The notes under the pieces: model-generated | The model's database searches: none | What the model was told of the DNA's origin: nothing | Seen by the model: the letters and a program-made list of their open reading frames with translations, nothing else | Part shown: positions 30,286 through 39,875 of the stretch, in pieces | How positions within the stretch are numbered: position 1 is the stretch's first letter | Layout of the letters: each line of letters opens with the position of its first letter | NCBI GenBank assembly: GCA_963692915.1 | Contig: OY843584.1 | Location: 160,001-224,000, forward strand | Direction: 5' to 3' | DNA: 64,000 bases | Source: Cenarchaeum sp. | GTDB lineage: Archaea > Thermoproteota > Nitrososphaeria > Nitrososphaerales > Nitrosopumilaceae | Position numbers and translations under genes: made by a program

Positions 30286-30876
30286 CTATGCGCGCGCTAG
30301 ATCCTCGCGCACGTTCTTGCCCCGTGTCTCTCTGATGTACTTGGATATTTTCATTGCAGACCCTTGAATCCACTGGATATCGGAGATATGGACGGTGTCT
30401 TTTTGCAGGTTGCTTATCATTTGATCGACTATACCGAGCGGCTGTGTCCTGAAGCTGCGCTCCACCCTGGCGCTGACCACTGCGCTCTTTATGCTATAGA
30501 CGTGCATTATGAACATCACCCTGTGGTGATCTGGAACAGTTGCCCTTTGTGGTTCTATAGACGACTTGAAGAGTGCCTTTATGGTACGCTGGCACATCTT
30601 GTGCAGGATTGATAGTGACTGGAGCACAGAGTCAGTCTCCTCGCCATACCGAAACCTCTCTGCCTGTTGGGTTGTCGTGTAGCTGAACACGCCTAGCACG
30701 TATGCATAGTATCCGCATATGACGGCCACCCCTAGCGCCATCAGGGACGTTAGCAGCGAAATGGCGCCATAGGCGCTTCCTGTTGCGATCAAGGTGCTCC
30801 AATAGATCGCCACTAGCCCGCCGCCTATGACTCCGGCAGGAAGCATTCCCAGGGTGAGAATTCTTGATATTCTCAT
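30286..30876 (-). CDS. Hypothetical membrane protein (2 N-terminal TM helices)
   Basis: 196-aa ORF coupled by ATGA overlap to upstream gene; visibly lower GC. Confidence 0.6.
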   Translation of the reverse strand: MRISRILTLGMLPAGVIGGGLVAIYWSTLIATGSAYGAISLLTSLMALGVAVICGYYAYVLGVFSYTTTQQAERFRYGEETDSVLQSLSILHKMCQRTIKALFKSSIEPQRATVPDHHRVMFIMHVYSIKSAVVSARVERSFRTQPLGIVDQMISNLQKDTVHISDIQWIQGSAMKISKYIRETRGKNVREDLARA

Positions 30877-31448
30877 GGCTGCGCACCACCCGTTCCGAGA
30901 AGCGACCCCGCAATGTCGTCATACACCTTGGGCACGCGCTCTTGGTTGATTATGAACCAGCCGCGCGCCTCCTCGATCATCTCCTCGCGCGTGAGCGTCC
31001 TGGACTCTGCGCGCATCTCGTCCTCAATGTAGCACAGCGTCGAGGCGATCTCGAGCCACTCGACGTCATCGATGCGCTCGCGCGCGAGCCTGACAAACTC
31101 TTCGCTCCTGTCCCACTCTTGCGCGGGCTCTGAGTGCAGGTCCTTAAGCCCCCAGATGTCAACCTCGAACCCAAACGCGTGCGGGCTGGTCATGCCCCAG
31201 TCATAGACATACCTCTCCAGGTTGGGGCAGCCAAGCCTGTGCTTTGCAAAGTAGACGAGTATGTTCAGGGCCAGGCGCGTGGAGTTGCTCTTCCAGCTCT
31301 GATACATGTCGCACGGGATGACGCTGGCATCGCAGAGGACGTGGAGTATGGGAACCGGGGATCCGGGGACGATCACGCCCCCGTTGGGGATCGACTCAGT
31401 CGGCACCATCCTGTACCCCTCGGCATTGACGTGTCCCTGATCCTGCAT
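30873..31448 (-). CDS. Hypothetical protein, divergent YwgA-like; paralog B
   Basis: Paralog of 29532-30131; TATA-like TTATAA upstream. Confidence 0.65.
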   Translation of the reverse strand: MQDQGHVNAEGYRMVPTESIPNGGVIVPGSPVPILHVLCDASVIPCDMYQSWKSNSTRLALNILVYFAKHRLGCPNLERYVYDWGMTSPHAFGFEVDIWGLKDLHSEPAQEWDRSEEFVRLARERIDDVEWLEIASTLCYIEDEMRAESRTLTREEMIEEARGWFIINQERVPKVYDDIAGSLLGTGGAQP

Positions 31449-31497
31449 CGGACAGGAAGCGGCTCCCGGAGCTTATAATCCTACCCTGAGATCCTGC

Positions 31498-31556
31498 GTA
31501 TGGGGCAGGCACCACTGACCATTCGGCCAGATGGGCATTGATCCTGCCGGTGCGCC
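31498..31556 (+). repeat. Dispersed element, copy 3 (left half only, adjoining IS481 target site)
   Basis: GTATGGGGCAGGCACC...ATTCGGCCAGATGGGCATTGATCCTGCCGGT aligns to the family. Confidence 0.55.
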
Positions 31557-31576
31557 AGCATTATCGTCGGCCACGC

Positions 31577-32668
31577 TGTTTTATACGAAAAGTAGTAGAC
31601 TCACTCATTCGAGTCCACCTCCATCCACCTCGGGTTCTCCGCCCGGACCCGCCCGTCGGCCCTGCGCCTCCTGTAGGCCAGCAGGGGCGTCTCGCCGCCC
31701 TTGATGTCCAGGGCGAAGTGGAGGCGCCTCTCGTTGTAGTACGCGATGAACTCGGGGACCCCGCCAAAGTGGCCGATCTCCGTCTCGAGCGTCTGGAAGA
31801 ACCTCTCGACCTTGCCGTTGGTCTGGGGGTGGCGGACGCGCGCCATGAGGTGCGCTATGTCGCGGTCCAGCAGCTCCCGCTCGAAGAGCGTCGGCGTCCA
31901 GCTGCGGCTCGGCGTGCCGCGCCGGCTTGCCGTGAACTGCGTGCCGTGGTCCGAGAGGATCTGCGCCGGCGCGCCAAACATCCTGATCGCCTTTCGCAGC
32001 GCAAGCACGGAGTTTTCCGACGTGGCCTCGGCGAACACGCCAAAGCCCGTGACGCACCGCGACGCGTCGTCGAGGAACACTATGAGGTGCGAGCCCGCAA
32101 GTGGCCCGTATTTCATTATGTGCCAGTCCACGTGCCACAGCGCGCCGGAGTGCGCGCGCTCGAACCTGACCCACTTTCGCCTGCGCGACTTCGCCCGCGA
32201 CCTCGTGACGAGCCCCTCCGCCAGCATGATGCGGTACACCGACCAGTACGTTATTTTTGAGTTGTTGCCGCGCAGCCCCTCGGCCACGCGCACGACGCCG
32301 GCCGGCCGGTCGGCGTGCTCGCCGAGGACCTCGGCCACCTCGCCGTCGGTGACGTCCCTGCGCGGCCTTCCCATCGGCCGCGGCTCCGGCGGCGCGCCGG
32401 TGCGCCGGCAGTGCGCGCGAAGCCTGTACGACCACGCCCTGGAGATCCCCAGCTCGCGCGCCACCTCCTCGGCGCTCCGCGTCGCCAGCGTCCTGGCCAC
32501 GTACCGGAGCGCCCTGTCGTCAAGCCTCCTGACCGGCATGGCGCGCCGGCGGCGGAGCCCCCCAAACGTATGTTTCGGCAGCCTGCCGGATCCCGGGGCG
32601 CCCCCGGGGCTCCCGGATCTGCGCCCGGCAAGCATTCCTGCCCAGTCTACTACTTTTCGTACAAGGCA
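31577..32668 (-). mobile_element. IS481-family insertion sequence, copy 2 (1092 bp), 16-bp target duplication
   Basis: Same TIRs and identical ORF translations as copy 1; TTATCGTCGGCCACGC at 31561-31576 and 32669-32684. Confidence 0.95.
31601..32539 (-). CDS. IS481-family DDE transposase
   Basis: Translation identical to 14053-14991. Confidence 0.93.
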   Translation of the reverse strand: MPVRRLDDRALRYVARTLATRSAEEVARELGISRAWSYRLRAHCRRTGAPPEPRPMGRPRRDVTDGEVAEVLGEHADRPAGVVRVAEGLRGNNSKITYWSVYRIMLAEGLVTRSRAKSRRRKWVRFERAHSGALWHVDWHIMKYGPLAGSHLIVFLDDASRCVTGFGVFAEATSENSVLALRKAIRMFGAPAQILSDHGTQFTASRRGTPSRSWTPTLFERELLDRDIAHLMARVRHPQTNGKVERFFQTLETEIGHFGGVPEFIAYYNERRLHFALDIKGGETPLLAYRRRRADGRVRAENPRWMEVDSNE

Positions 32669-32724
32669 TTATCGTCGGCCACGCCCACAACAATTTATAT
32701 CATTTTTGTCGCGCACGGCCAGCC

Positions 32725-33939
32725 ATGGCGCTAGTCATAGACGCACAGGTTGCCGGAATATCCGGAGACATGCTCCTGTGCTCGCTGGTTCACATGGGGG
32801 CCGACCCCGCAAGGATAGAGTCTGCGCTCATGCGTGCGGCCTCTGGCCTTCAGGGCGAGGAGGTCAAGGGCATCTCCTTTGAGCGCGTGAGGCGCCATGG
32901 GCTCGAGGCGACTGCGCTGCGCGTTGACTCGTCTGGCGCGCCACACTCGCGCGCCGCCTCGGAGCTCGCAGCGCACATTGCGTCCTCGGCCGCATCATGC
33001 AAGATATCCGGACACGCCGCCTCGTTTGCCTCGCAGAGCGTCCAGACTCTCATCGCCGCCGAGTCGGCAGTTCACGGCGTTGGCGCATCGTCGGTTCACC
33101 TCCACGAGGCCGCCGGAGTCGACACGCTCATTGACATACTCGGCACGGCAATTGCGCTCGATGACCTCGGCATCCTCTCCGAGCGCATAACATGCACTCC
33201 CGTGGCAGTCGGCGGGGGACTCTTAGAGTTCTCCCACGGCGTCGCGTCCAACCCCGCCGGCGCGATACTTGAGATATTCCGCCGGCGCGGCATTGAGATC
33301 CGCGGCGGGCCGGCTGACGTGGAGCTCACGACGCCGACTGGCGCTAGCATGCTAGTCAACCTCGCCTCCTCGTGCGAGCGGTTCTACCCACCGCTCTCGC
33401 CGACTGGCATCGGATATGGCGCCGGCAGCGCCGAGCATGACGCGTTTGCAAACGTTCTCAAGGTCGTGCGCGGCACCGAGTCTGCCGCGCTTGCAGCCGA
33501 CACGGTCCGCGTGCTTGAGACCAACCTCGATGACGTCACCGGCGAGCTCCTCGGCCACGTCATCGACGAGCTCATGCGCAAGGGTGCGCATGACGTAACT
33601 GTCTCGCCGGCGGTCACAAAAAAGGGGCGGCCCGCAAGCTTGCTGACTGCAATATGCGACGCGCGCTCGTATGATGACGTGCTGCGCGCGCTAGTCGAGG
33701 AGACCGGAACGCTCGGCGTGCGCGTGCGCGACTCGAACAGGGTTATCGCAAGGAGGGACTCGGCGACTGTCAGGGTCACCGTTGAGGGCAGGCAGTTCGA
33801 TGTGCGCCACAAGGCAGCGCGCGGGGGCATTCCAAAGGTGGAGCACGACGACGTGGCCCGCGTGGCCTCTGAGCTCGGCATGCCGCTGAGGAGAGCCCGC
33901 CGCCTCCTCGATGATGCCGTCTCGGGAGGCCGGCAATGA
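32725..33939 (+). CDS. larC: Nickel insertion protein LarC
   Basis: AGISGDM, VHLHEA, ELTTPTGA, ETNLDD, KKGRP, ETGTLGVR. Confidence 0.92.
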   Translation: MALVIDAQVAGISGDMLLCSLVHMGADPARIESALMRAASGLQGEEVKGISFERVRRHGLEATALRVDSSGAPHSRAASELAAHIASSAASCKISGHAASFASQSVQTLIAAESAVHGVGASSVHLHEAAGVDTLIDILGTAIALDDLGILSERITCTPVAVGGGLLEFSHGVASNPAGAILEIFRRRGIEIRGGPADVELTTPTGASMLVNLASSCERFYPPLSPTGIGYGAGSAEHDAFANVLKVVRGTESAALAADTVRVLETNLDDVTGELLGHVIDELMRKGAHDVTVSPAVTKKGRPASLLTAICDARSYDDVLRALVEETGTLGVRVRDSNRVIARRDSATVRVTVEGRQFDVRHKAARGGIPKVEHDDVARVASELGMPLRRARRLLDDAVSGGRQ

Positions 33940-34733
33940 CGCGCATCGCCGCGCTGCGATCGTGGTTTGAGGGCCATGACTGCCCGCTAGTGGCGCTCTC
34001 CGGCGGCGTCGACAGCGCGCTAGTCGCGCACGCGGCCCACTCGGTGACGCCCCGCGCAATCGCGTTCACGGCCGACTATCAGGCACTGCCGCGCGAGGAT
34101 CTCGAGGCGGCGCGCAAGACGTGCGATGAGATTGGCATCGAGCACATGGTCGTGCAGTACGACGAGCTCCTCAACGAGTCCTATGCGACAAACACGCCTG
34201 ACCGCTGCTTTCACTGCCGCACAGAGCTCGGCGAGCGCCTAGTCGAGGCCGCTCGGCGCGTCACTGCCGATGTCATAGTCGACGGGACGCATCTCGATGA
34301 CATGGGCGACTATCGTCCCGGCCTTGAGGCCATGCGCGCTGCCGGCGTGCGCAGCCCGCTCGCCGAGTCTGGACTCACAAAGGACGACGTGCGCGAGTGC
34401 GCGCGCGCCGTCGGGCTCTCGGCATGCGACAGGCCGGCCAACTCGTGCCTCGCCTCGCGAATACCGTGGGGCCGGCGCGTCACCGCCAAAAGGCTCGCGC
34501 GCATAGAGCTTGCCGAGAGGATTGTGCGCCAGGCCACGGGCATTGGCATCGTGCGCGTTCGCGACACGGGTGATGAGACTGCGCGCATCGAGGTTCCGCA
34601 CGACAGCATCGGTGAGCTGCGGCGCTCGATGGACTCGCAGATATCGCCGCGCCTGCGCACACTGGGGTACCTCGAGGTGAGCGTGAGCGAGCGCGGATAC
34701 TCGCAGGGCGGGGCAAACGCGGGGGCGCAATGA
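33936..34733 (+). CDS. larE: ATP-dependent sulfur transferase LarE
   Basis: SGGVDS PP-loop, RCFHCR, DYRPG, SCLASRIP. Confidence 0.92.
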   Translation: MTRIAALRSWFEGHDCPLVALSGGVDSALVAHAAHSVTPRAIAFTADYQALPREDLEAARKTCDEIGIEHMVVQYDELLNESYATNTPDRCFHCRTELGERLVEAARRVTADVIVDGTHLDDMGDYRPGLEAMRAAGVRSPLAESGLTKDDVRECARAVGLSACDRPANSCLASRIPWGRRVTAKRLARIELAERIVRQATGIGIVRVRDTGDETARIEVPHDSIGELRRSMDSQISPRLRTLGYLEVSVSERGYSQGGANAGAQ

Positions 34734-35887
34734 TCTACCTCGACAATGCCGCATCGACGCCGATCCACGAGATCGTCCTTGAGGCGATGATGCCGCACCT
34801 GAGCGCCGGCTATGGCAACCCGTCATCGATCCACCGCAGCGGGCGCGATGCGGCGCGCGCAATCACTGCGGCGCGCGCACAGGTCGCGGCCCTCATAGGC
34901 GCAGCACCGCACGAGATCATATTCACGTCGGGCGGGACCGAGTCCAACAATATGGCGATACTCGGCCTCGCGCGCGCGCAGCCGCACTCGCATGTGATAA
35001 CGACGCAGATCGAGCACGAGGCGGTTCTTGAGCCGTGCGCGCTCCTCGAGTCAGAAGGCCATGATGTCACGCGCGTGCGTGCCGGCCATGACGGGATCGT
35101 CGATCCGGCCGACGTTGCGTCTGCGATGACCGAGCGCACGTCACTCGTGTCAGTCATGGCGGCCAACAACGAGGTCGGCACGGTTCAGGACATCGCCTCG
35201 ATCGCCTCTGCGTGCGCGCGCCATGGCGTGCCGCTCCACACCGACGCGATCCAGGCCGTCGGCAAGATCCCTGTAAATGTCGCCACGCTCGGCGTCTCGC
35301 TCCTCTCGCTCTCGTCGCACAAGATCAACGGCCCAAAGGGTGCTGGCGCCCTCTATGTGCGCGACGGACTGCGCCCGTCGCCGATCGTGCGCGGCGGCGG
35401 GCAGGAGCGCGGCGTGCGCTCTGGAACCGAGAACGTCGCGGCGATCGTCGGCATGGGTGCGGCATGCGGGCTCGCCTCAAGTCAGATGGGCGATGACGCC
35501 GCGCGCGTGGCTGCCATGCGCGACGCGCTAGTCGCCGGCGTCAGGGCGAGAATACCGCACTCGTCGCTCAACGGCGATGCCGCAAGGCGCCTGCCGGGCA
35601 ACGCGCACTTTGCGTTCCTCGGCATCCAGGGAGAGGACCTGATCATAAAGCTCGACGAGTGCGGCGTCGCAGCATCTACTGGCTCGGCGTGCTCGATACA
35701 CACGCAAAAAGAGTCGCATGTCCTGCGCGCAATGGGCATGGGCAAGGAGTCCATCGACGGCTCGTTGCGCATGACTGTCGGCCCGCAGAACACGCAGGCC
35801 GAGATCGACTCGGCCATAGACGCCCTCGAGTCATGCGTCGCGGATCTCCGCCGTGTCTCGCCGTTCAGGCAAAAGTACGGGTTTTAG
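34730..35887 (+). CDS. iscS: Cysteine desulfurase (IscS/NifS type)
   Basis: YLDNAAST, TSGGTE, SSHKINGPKG, STGSAC. Confidence 0.92.
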   Translation: MIYLDNAASTPIHEIVLEAMMPHLSAGYGNPSSIHRSGRDAARAITAARAQVAALIGAAPHEIIFTSGGTESNNMAILGLARAQPHSHVITTQIEHEAVLEPCALLESEGHDVTRVRAGHDGIVDPADVASAMTERTSLVSVMAANNEVGTVQDIASIASACARHGVPLHTDAIQAVGKIPVNVATLGVSLLSLSSHKINGPKGAGALYVRDGLRPSPIVRGGGQERGVRSGTENVAAIVGMGAACGLASSQMGDDAARVAAMRDALVAGVRARIPHSSLNGDAARRLPGNAHFAFLGIQGEDLIIKLDECGVAASTGSACSIHTQKESHVLRAMGMGKESIDGSLRMTVGPQNTQAEIDSAIDALESCVADLRRVSPFRQKYGF

Positions 35888-36708
35888 GCTCGTGCAAAGC
35901 GTGCCGATGCGACTGTTGCTGCGGCAACTGCGACTACGAGCACGGCCATGGCCACTGCGCCAAACTCGGGTATCACGCACGTTCCGATGACCTCTATTCT
36001 CCTCTCACCCTCAAAAAAGTCCACGCTGAACGTGTTGGCCGACTCGCCGCGCTCAATGGTGTATCCGGCCGACTCGTCGACCTGCCTTCCGTCGACCAGG
36101 ACGATAAAGCCCTCGTCGCTGCCCTCGCATCCGGACGACCTTGCATCAAAGTATGACCTGCTAGCCGTGAACGATATGCTCCCGTCAGACATTGGGTTGA
36201 CATAGACTGTGAGGCCCAGTGCCTCGCGACTGATCGCCATGTCGGTGACAGTCCCGCCAGATATCGTGTACGCTATGCTGCCATCCTCGCCGTCGCCAAT
36301 ATCTACTATGGACGTGCCCTCGACAGTCTCCAAACTGTCCGTGACGGGCTCGAGGCTCAGCTCAAATGACTGCCGTGCCGTGACGCCCTCCTTGTATGAC
36401 GCCTGTACGCTGTACTCGCCCTCCTCCCAGACGTCGCCATCGGTGTTGATTATTGTCGCAAACGACCCGTCGCGCGAGACGTCGAGCTGGTCGGCTGCCA
36501 CGAAGTTGCTGCCCCGCTTTACCTGGAGCGTCACGGGTATGTCGCCCACGCGCGGCTCGACGGTGCCTGATATGACGATCTTGTCCCCACGCTCATAGAC
36601 AGAATCTAGCTCGACTACGGTGATAGTTTGGGCTGCTGCCGGAACGGCCATCGAGACGACTGCGATTGCGACTATGATTGCGAGATTTCTCACGCCGGCC
36701 ATGGCCAT
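35884..36708 (-). CDS. PEFG-CTERM surface protein
   Basis: Signal peptide; C-terminal IPEFG + TM helix. Confidence 0.85.
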   Translation of the reverse strand: MAMAGVRNLAIIVAIAVVSMAVPAAAQTITVVELDSVYERGDKIVISGTVEPRVGDIPVTLQVKRGSNFVAADQLDVSRDGSFATIINTDGDVWEEGEYSVQASYKEGVTARQSFELSLEPVTDSLETVEGTSIVDIGDGEDGSIAYTISGGTVTDMAISREALGLTVYVNPMSDGSISFTASRSYFDARSSGCEGSDEGFIVLVDGRQVDESAGYTIERGESANTFSVDFFEGERRIEVIGTCVIPEFGAVAMAVLVVAVAAATVASARFARA

Positions 36709-36720
36709 GCGCGCAACGTC

Positions 36721-37587
36721 CTAGTATTTTGGCATTATGCCGATGCGGCCTCTACTTGAGGCTACAACCACGGCGATCACTGCCAAAACGAGAACCATAG
36801 CGGTGAGGGCGCCAAACTCGGGCACGACGCATGCGCCGATGATCTCCACACTGCTAGCGCCCGCAAAGAGGCTTACTGTGAGGCTGTCGCCAACTGCACT
36901 AGTGTCATCCCACTCTTGGCCGTCGACTAGGACGATATAGCTTGTGTCACCACACGCCATCCTGTTGGGGAATACCGTCAGCGAGCCTGGCTCTGTTGCG
37001 TCAACGTTGAGCAGCAATGCAGTCCCGCCACCCTCGCCGGCATACATTGCCGACGCGCCAGTCACGATCCCGCCGCTCATCGTGTACCTTACACAGTCGG
37101 CTCCGACGCTGAGCTCGCCTGCGGCGCACTCTTGTGACATTGCCTCGGGCTCCATTACGGACTCGTCCCTGACGGGGTTTGTTATTCCGCTTCCTGTGAG
37201 GTCGACATGGGCCTTGTTGCTTGCGCCCTGGCCGACGCCGTACTGGACCTTTATCGTGTAGCGGCCGTCATAGTTCCACAGGATGCCGCCGGTGTTGATC
37301 GTAGTCGCGTACGTGTTCGTCTCGGGCTCGACGTCTATCTGCTGGAGGTTGACACGGTTTCCCTGTGGGCTGATGACGACTAGCGTGACGGGCGTTCCGG
37401 GCTTGTATGTCTTTACTGCCCCGCTGACCTCTATGGTCGAGCTGTGGGTGTACTCTTGGGCGTCGGTACTGATGGTGATTGGTATGATTGCTGGCTCGAG
37501 GATGCCGCTCTGGGCCTGGACAGGATGCGCGCCGATAAGCGAGGCGGCCGCCACTGCCATGACGATGTATGCGGCTCTGCGATCCAT
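36721..37587 (-). CDS. PEFG-CTERM surface protein
   Basis: Signal peptide; C-terminal VPEFG + TM helix; similar to neighbour. Confidence 0.85.
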   Translation of the reverse strand: MDRRAAYIVMAVAAASLIGAHPVQAQSGILEPAIIPITISTDAQEYTHSSTIEVSGAVKTYKPGTPVTLVVISPQGNRVNLQQIDVEPETNTYATTINTGGILWNYDGRYTIKVQYGVGQGASNKAHVDLTGSGITNPVRDESVMEPEAMSQECAAGELSVGADCVRYTMSGGIVTGASAMYAGEGGGTALLLNVDATEPGSLTVFPNRMACGDTSYIVLVDGQEWDDTSAVGDSLTVSLFAGASSVEIIGACVVPEFGALTAMVLVLAVIAVVVASSRGRIGIMPKY

Positions 37588-37725
37588 CAGGGCAAGCGCC
37601 CACCTGTGGCTATTTATGTATATTTGATTGAGGTGGATTGCGCACACTCGATATGGCCCTGTGATCCGGCGCGCAGACTCCCCTGCGCCAATGGGCGCTA
37701 GTCGAGCCAAAAAGTTAGAGTGTGG

Positions 37726-38301
37726 TCAGATTACCTGCCACGGGCGCGTTGCGAACGTTATCACATAGCCCACGCCGATGATTATCGACTGGTATGCGAT
37801 GTTCGTGTACGGTATGGCCTTTATGATGTGCTCGCCGTCTACTATGACAGTCTGCCCCGGCCCGAGCCCCGGACCCACACTGGCCACGTTGAGCTGCGTG
37901 TGTACGTGGTATGCACCTGGCTCGAGTGCCATTGCGCATATCTCGTACGGCAGTATCTCGTTGCCTGCAAGGTCAAAGACGTTGCCCGGAGGATCCCTTG
38001 AGAGGATCTCCCACCTGTTGCCAGCGTTCGTCGACTCTGCGAATATGGATATCCAGCCACGCAGATCCCTCTCTACGAGGCTGACGAGCTGCCCGCTAAG
38101 GCACAGTGTCTCGCCAGTCGTGAGGGACTGCCTGGTGAACTCCTCGTTGTCTATCTCCACAAAGCGGCTCTGGAGCTGCGCCTGCACGCCATGCGCTTCT
38201 GCGGATGGCAGGGCAAACTCAACCCAGTCAAAGCCAGCCGTGCCAAGCGCTAGTATTGCGCCTAGCCCGACGACGATTGCCTTGTTGCTGTTTGCGTTCA
38301 C
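37726..38301 (-). CDS. amoB: Archaeal ammonia monooxygenase subunit B
   Basis: AEAHGVQAQLQSRF, STNAGNRWE, YHVHTQLNV, TFATRPWQVI; GTG start with TATA upstream. Confidence 0.96.
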   Translation of the reverse strand: MNANSNKAIVVGLGAILALGTAGFDWVEFALPSAEAHGVQAQLQSRFVEIDNEEFTRQSLTTGETLCLSGQLVSLVERDLRGWISIFAESTNAGNRWEILSRDPPGNVFDLAGNEILPYEICAMALEPGAYHVHTQLNVASVGPGLGPGQTVIVDGEHIIKAIPYTNIAYQSIIIGVGYVITFATRPWQVI

Positions 38302-38326
38302 GGTGCCCCGCGGCCATCGGGGCGCG

Positions 38327-38866
38327 TTATATAGTTTTCCGGCTCTCAGGCCGCTCCTCACGCCTGAGGGATCCCTCACTGACCCCCTGATCGCAGTCCT
38401 CAGGAGCCCAGCGCCTAGTTTGGGCGCCAAACCGGTACCTGAGGGGGCCTCCGGTTCTCCGGCCGGCGAGGTGGTGCGGCATCGTCTCGACGACATTGTC
38501 GATCTTTTCGAGCGAGTTGTCAAAGAGGCCCCTGTCAGCCGAGTCGACGACAAAGGAGACGGCCGGCTCACCGCCAAAGTCGAGGTTGACTATGAGCGAG
38601 CCGGCTCCGCCGCCGCGCCTCCTCTTCATCTCCCTGAGGAGGGCCTTGAGCCTCTCCCACCTCTTGAACCCAAACCACGCAAAGAACTCGTCGCCAAACT
38701 CGACGGGAAGCGCGATGCGCATACGGCTCGTCTCATCGCCGGCCGGCCCGTCGAGCTCGGACTCGGAGAGCTCAAAGACTGCGCCCAGGCACTCGTGGGC
38801 GACTTCGACCTCCCAGGGCGAGATGCCGTAAAACTCGACGATTGCAGTGAGGCTGCCGCCTGCCAT
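38327..38866 (-). CDS. Conserved thaumarchaeal hypothetical protein
   Basis: YGISPWEVEV, FFAWFGFKRWERLKALLREMKRRRG. Confidence 0.6.
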   Translation of the reverse strand: MAGGSLTAIVEFYGISPWEVEVAHECLGAVFELSESELDGPAGDETSRMRIALPVEFGDEFFAWFGFKRWERLKALLREMKRRRGGGAGSLIVNLDFGGEPAVSFVVDSADRGLFDNSLEKIDNVVETMPHHLAGRRTGGPLRYRFGAQTRRWAPEDCDQGVSEGSLRREERPESRKTI

Positions 38867-38912
38867 CACGCGTCGCACACACGGTGTTTTGTAAAAACCC
38901 TTTGCCGGCCCG

Positions 38913-39875
38913 CTAGGCGCGCAGCGCGTCTAGCATCGCCGTGACGTCAGTTATCGCCCGCCCGCCGGATTCGACTGCCTGCAGGGCTGGCGGGTTTTCT
39001 GCATAGTTGTGTATCTGGTCGCGTATGCGCCCGCTGTATGGCGTGACAGTCTCGTTGCGGTAAAAGACTCCCGTAGGTATGCGCTCGCCCCACTCTAGTG
39101 ACCTTGCGAGGGCCTGGCTGAGCTTTGCGTTGAGCTCGGCGGCGTCGGCAAAGTGGACTATGGGGTCATAGTCGGTGTCCTCTAGCCTGTATATGCGCGA
39201 GTGGCGCTCCCCGCCGTCGCCCTCTAGCCCCTCGCCGGCAAACCAGTCGCGCGTGTTGATGTCATTGTATGTCGGGCATGGCGAGAGGACATCGACGAAC
39301 GCAAGGCCCTCGTGGCTTATTGCGGCCTTTATGATCTCCTTTAGGTGCGCAACGTCATACGAGTATGCGCGCGCGACGAACGTAAAGCCGCTAGTCACGG
39401 CAAGGCCGACGGGGTTTACGTTATAGTTTACGTTTGGCGCGGCAAGTGACTTTGTCTTTGTTCCAAGCTTTAGAGTTGGCGATGCCTGGCCCTTTGTGAG
39501 CCCATAGACGCCATTGTCAAATATGATGTACGCCATGTTGACGTTTCTCCTCCCGGCGGCGACAAAGTGGCCTGCGCCGATGCCGAGGCCGTCGCCGTCA
39601 CCGCCGACTGCGACTATTCTCATGTTTGGGTTTGCGAGCGCTGCGCCCTGCGCAAAGGGCAGGACGCGGCCGTGGAGCGTGTGGATGCCGCTGACGTTGA
39701 CAAAGTGCGCAGTCTTGCCCGAGCAGCCTATTCCGGAGAATATCGCCGCCTCGTGGCGCGCAATGTCCATCTCGGCCAGGGCCATCTGCACGGCATTGAG
39801 TATGCCAAAGTCGCCGCATCCGGGGCACCAGTCGTTGTGGACGTCAGTCTTGTAGTCAGCGAGCCTAGGCGCCAT
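38913..39875 (-). CDS. 2-oxoacid:ferredoxin oxidoreductase beta subunit
   Basis: WCPGCG, SGIGCS, GGDGD, YGLTKGQ. Confidence 0.95.
   Translation of the reverse strand: MAPRLADYKTDVHNDWCPGCGDFGILNAVQMALAEMDIARHEAAIFSGIGCSGKTAHFVNVSGIHTLHGRVLPFAQGAALANPNMRIVAVGGDGDGLGIGAGHFVAAGRRNVNMAYIIFDNGVYGLTKGQASPTLKLGTKTKSLAAPNVNYNVNPVGLAVTSGFTFVARAYSYDVAHLKEIIKAAISHEGLAFVDVLSPCPTYNDINTRDWFAGEGLEGDGGERHSRIYRLEDTDYDPIVHFADAAELNAKLSQALARSLEWGERIPTGVFYRNETVTPYSGRIRDQIHNYAENPPALQAVESGGRAITDVTAMLDALRA

Larger units (their letters stand above)
29525..31492. repeat. Duplication of ~650 bp (29525-30175 and ~30845-31492; offset 1317 bp)
   Basis: Direct sequence match covering gene, upstream TTATAAT box and first codons of the downstream membrane gene. 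Confidence 0.9.
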
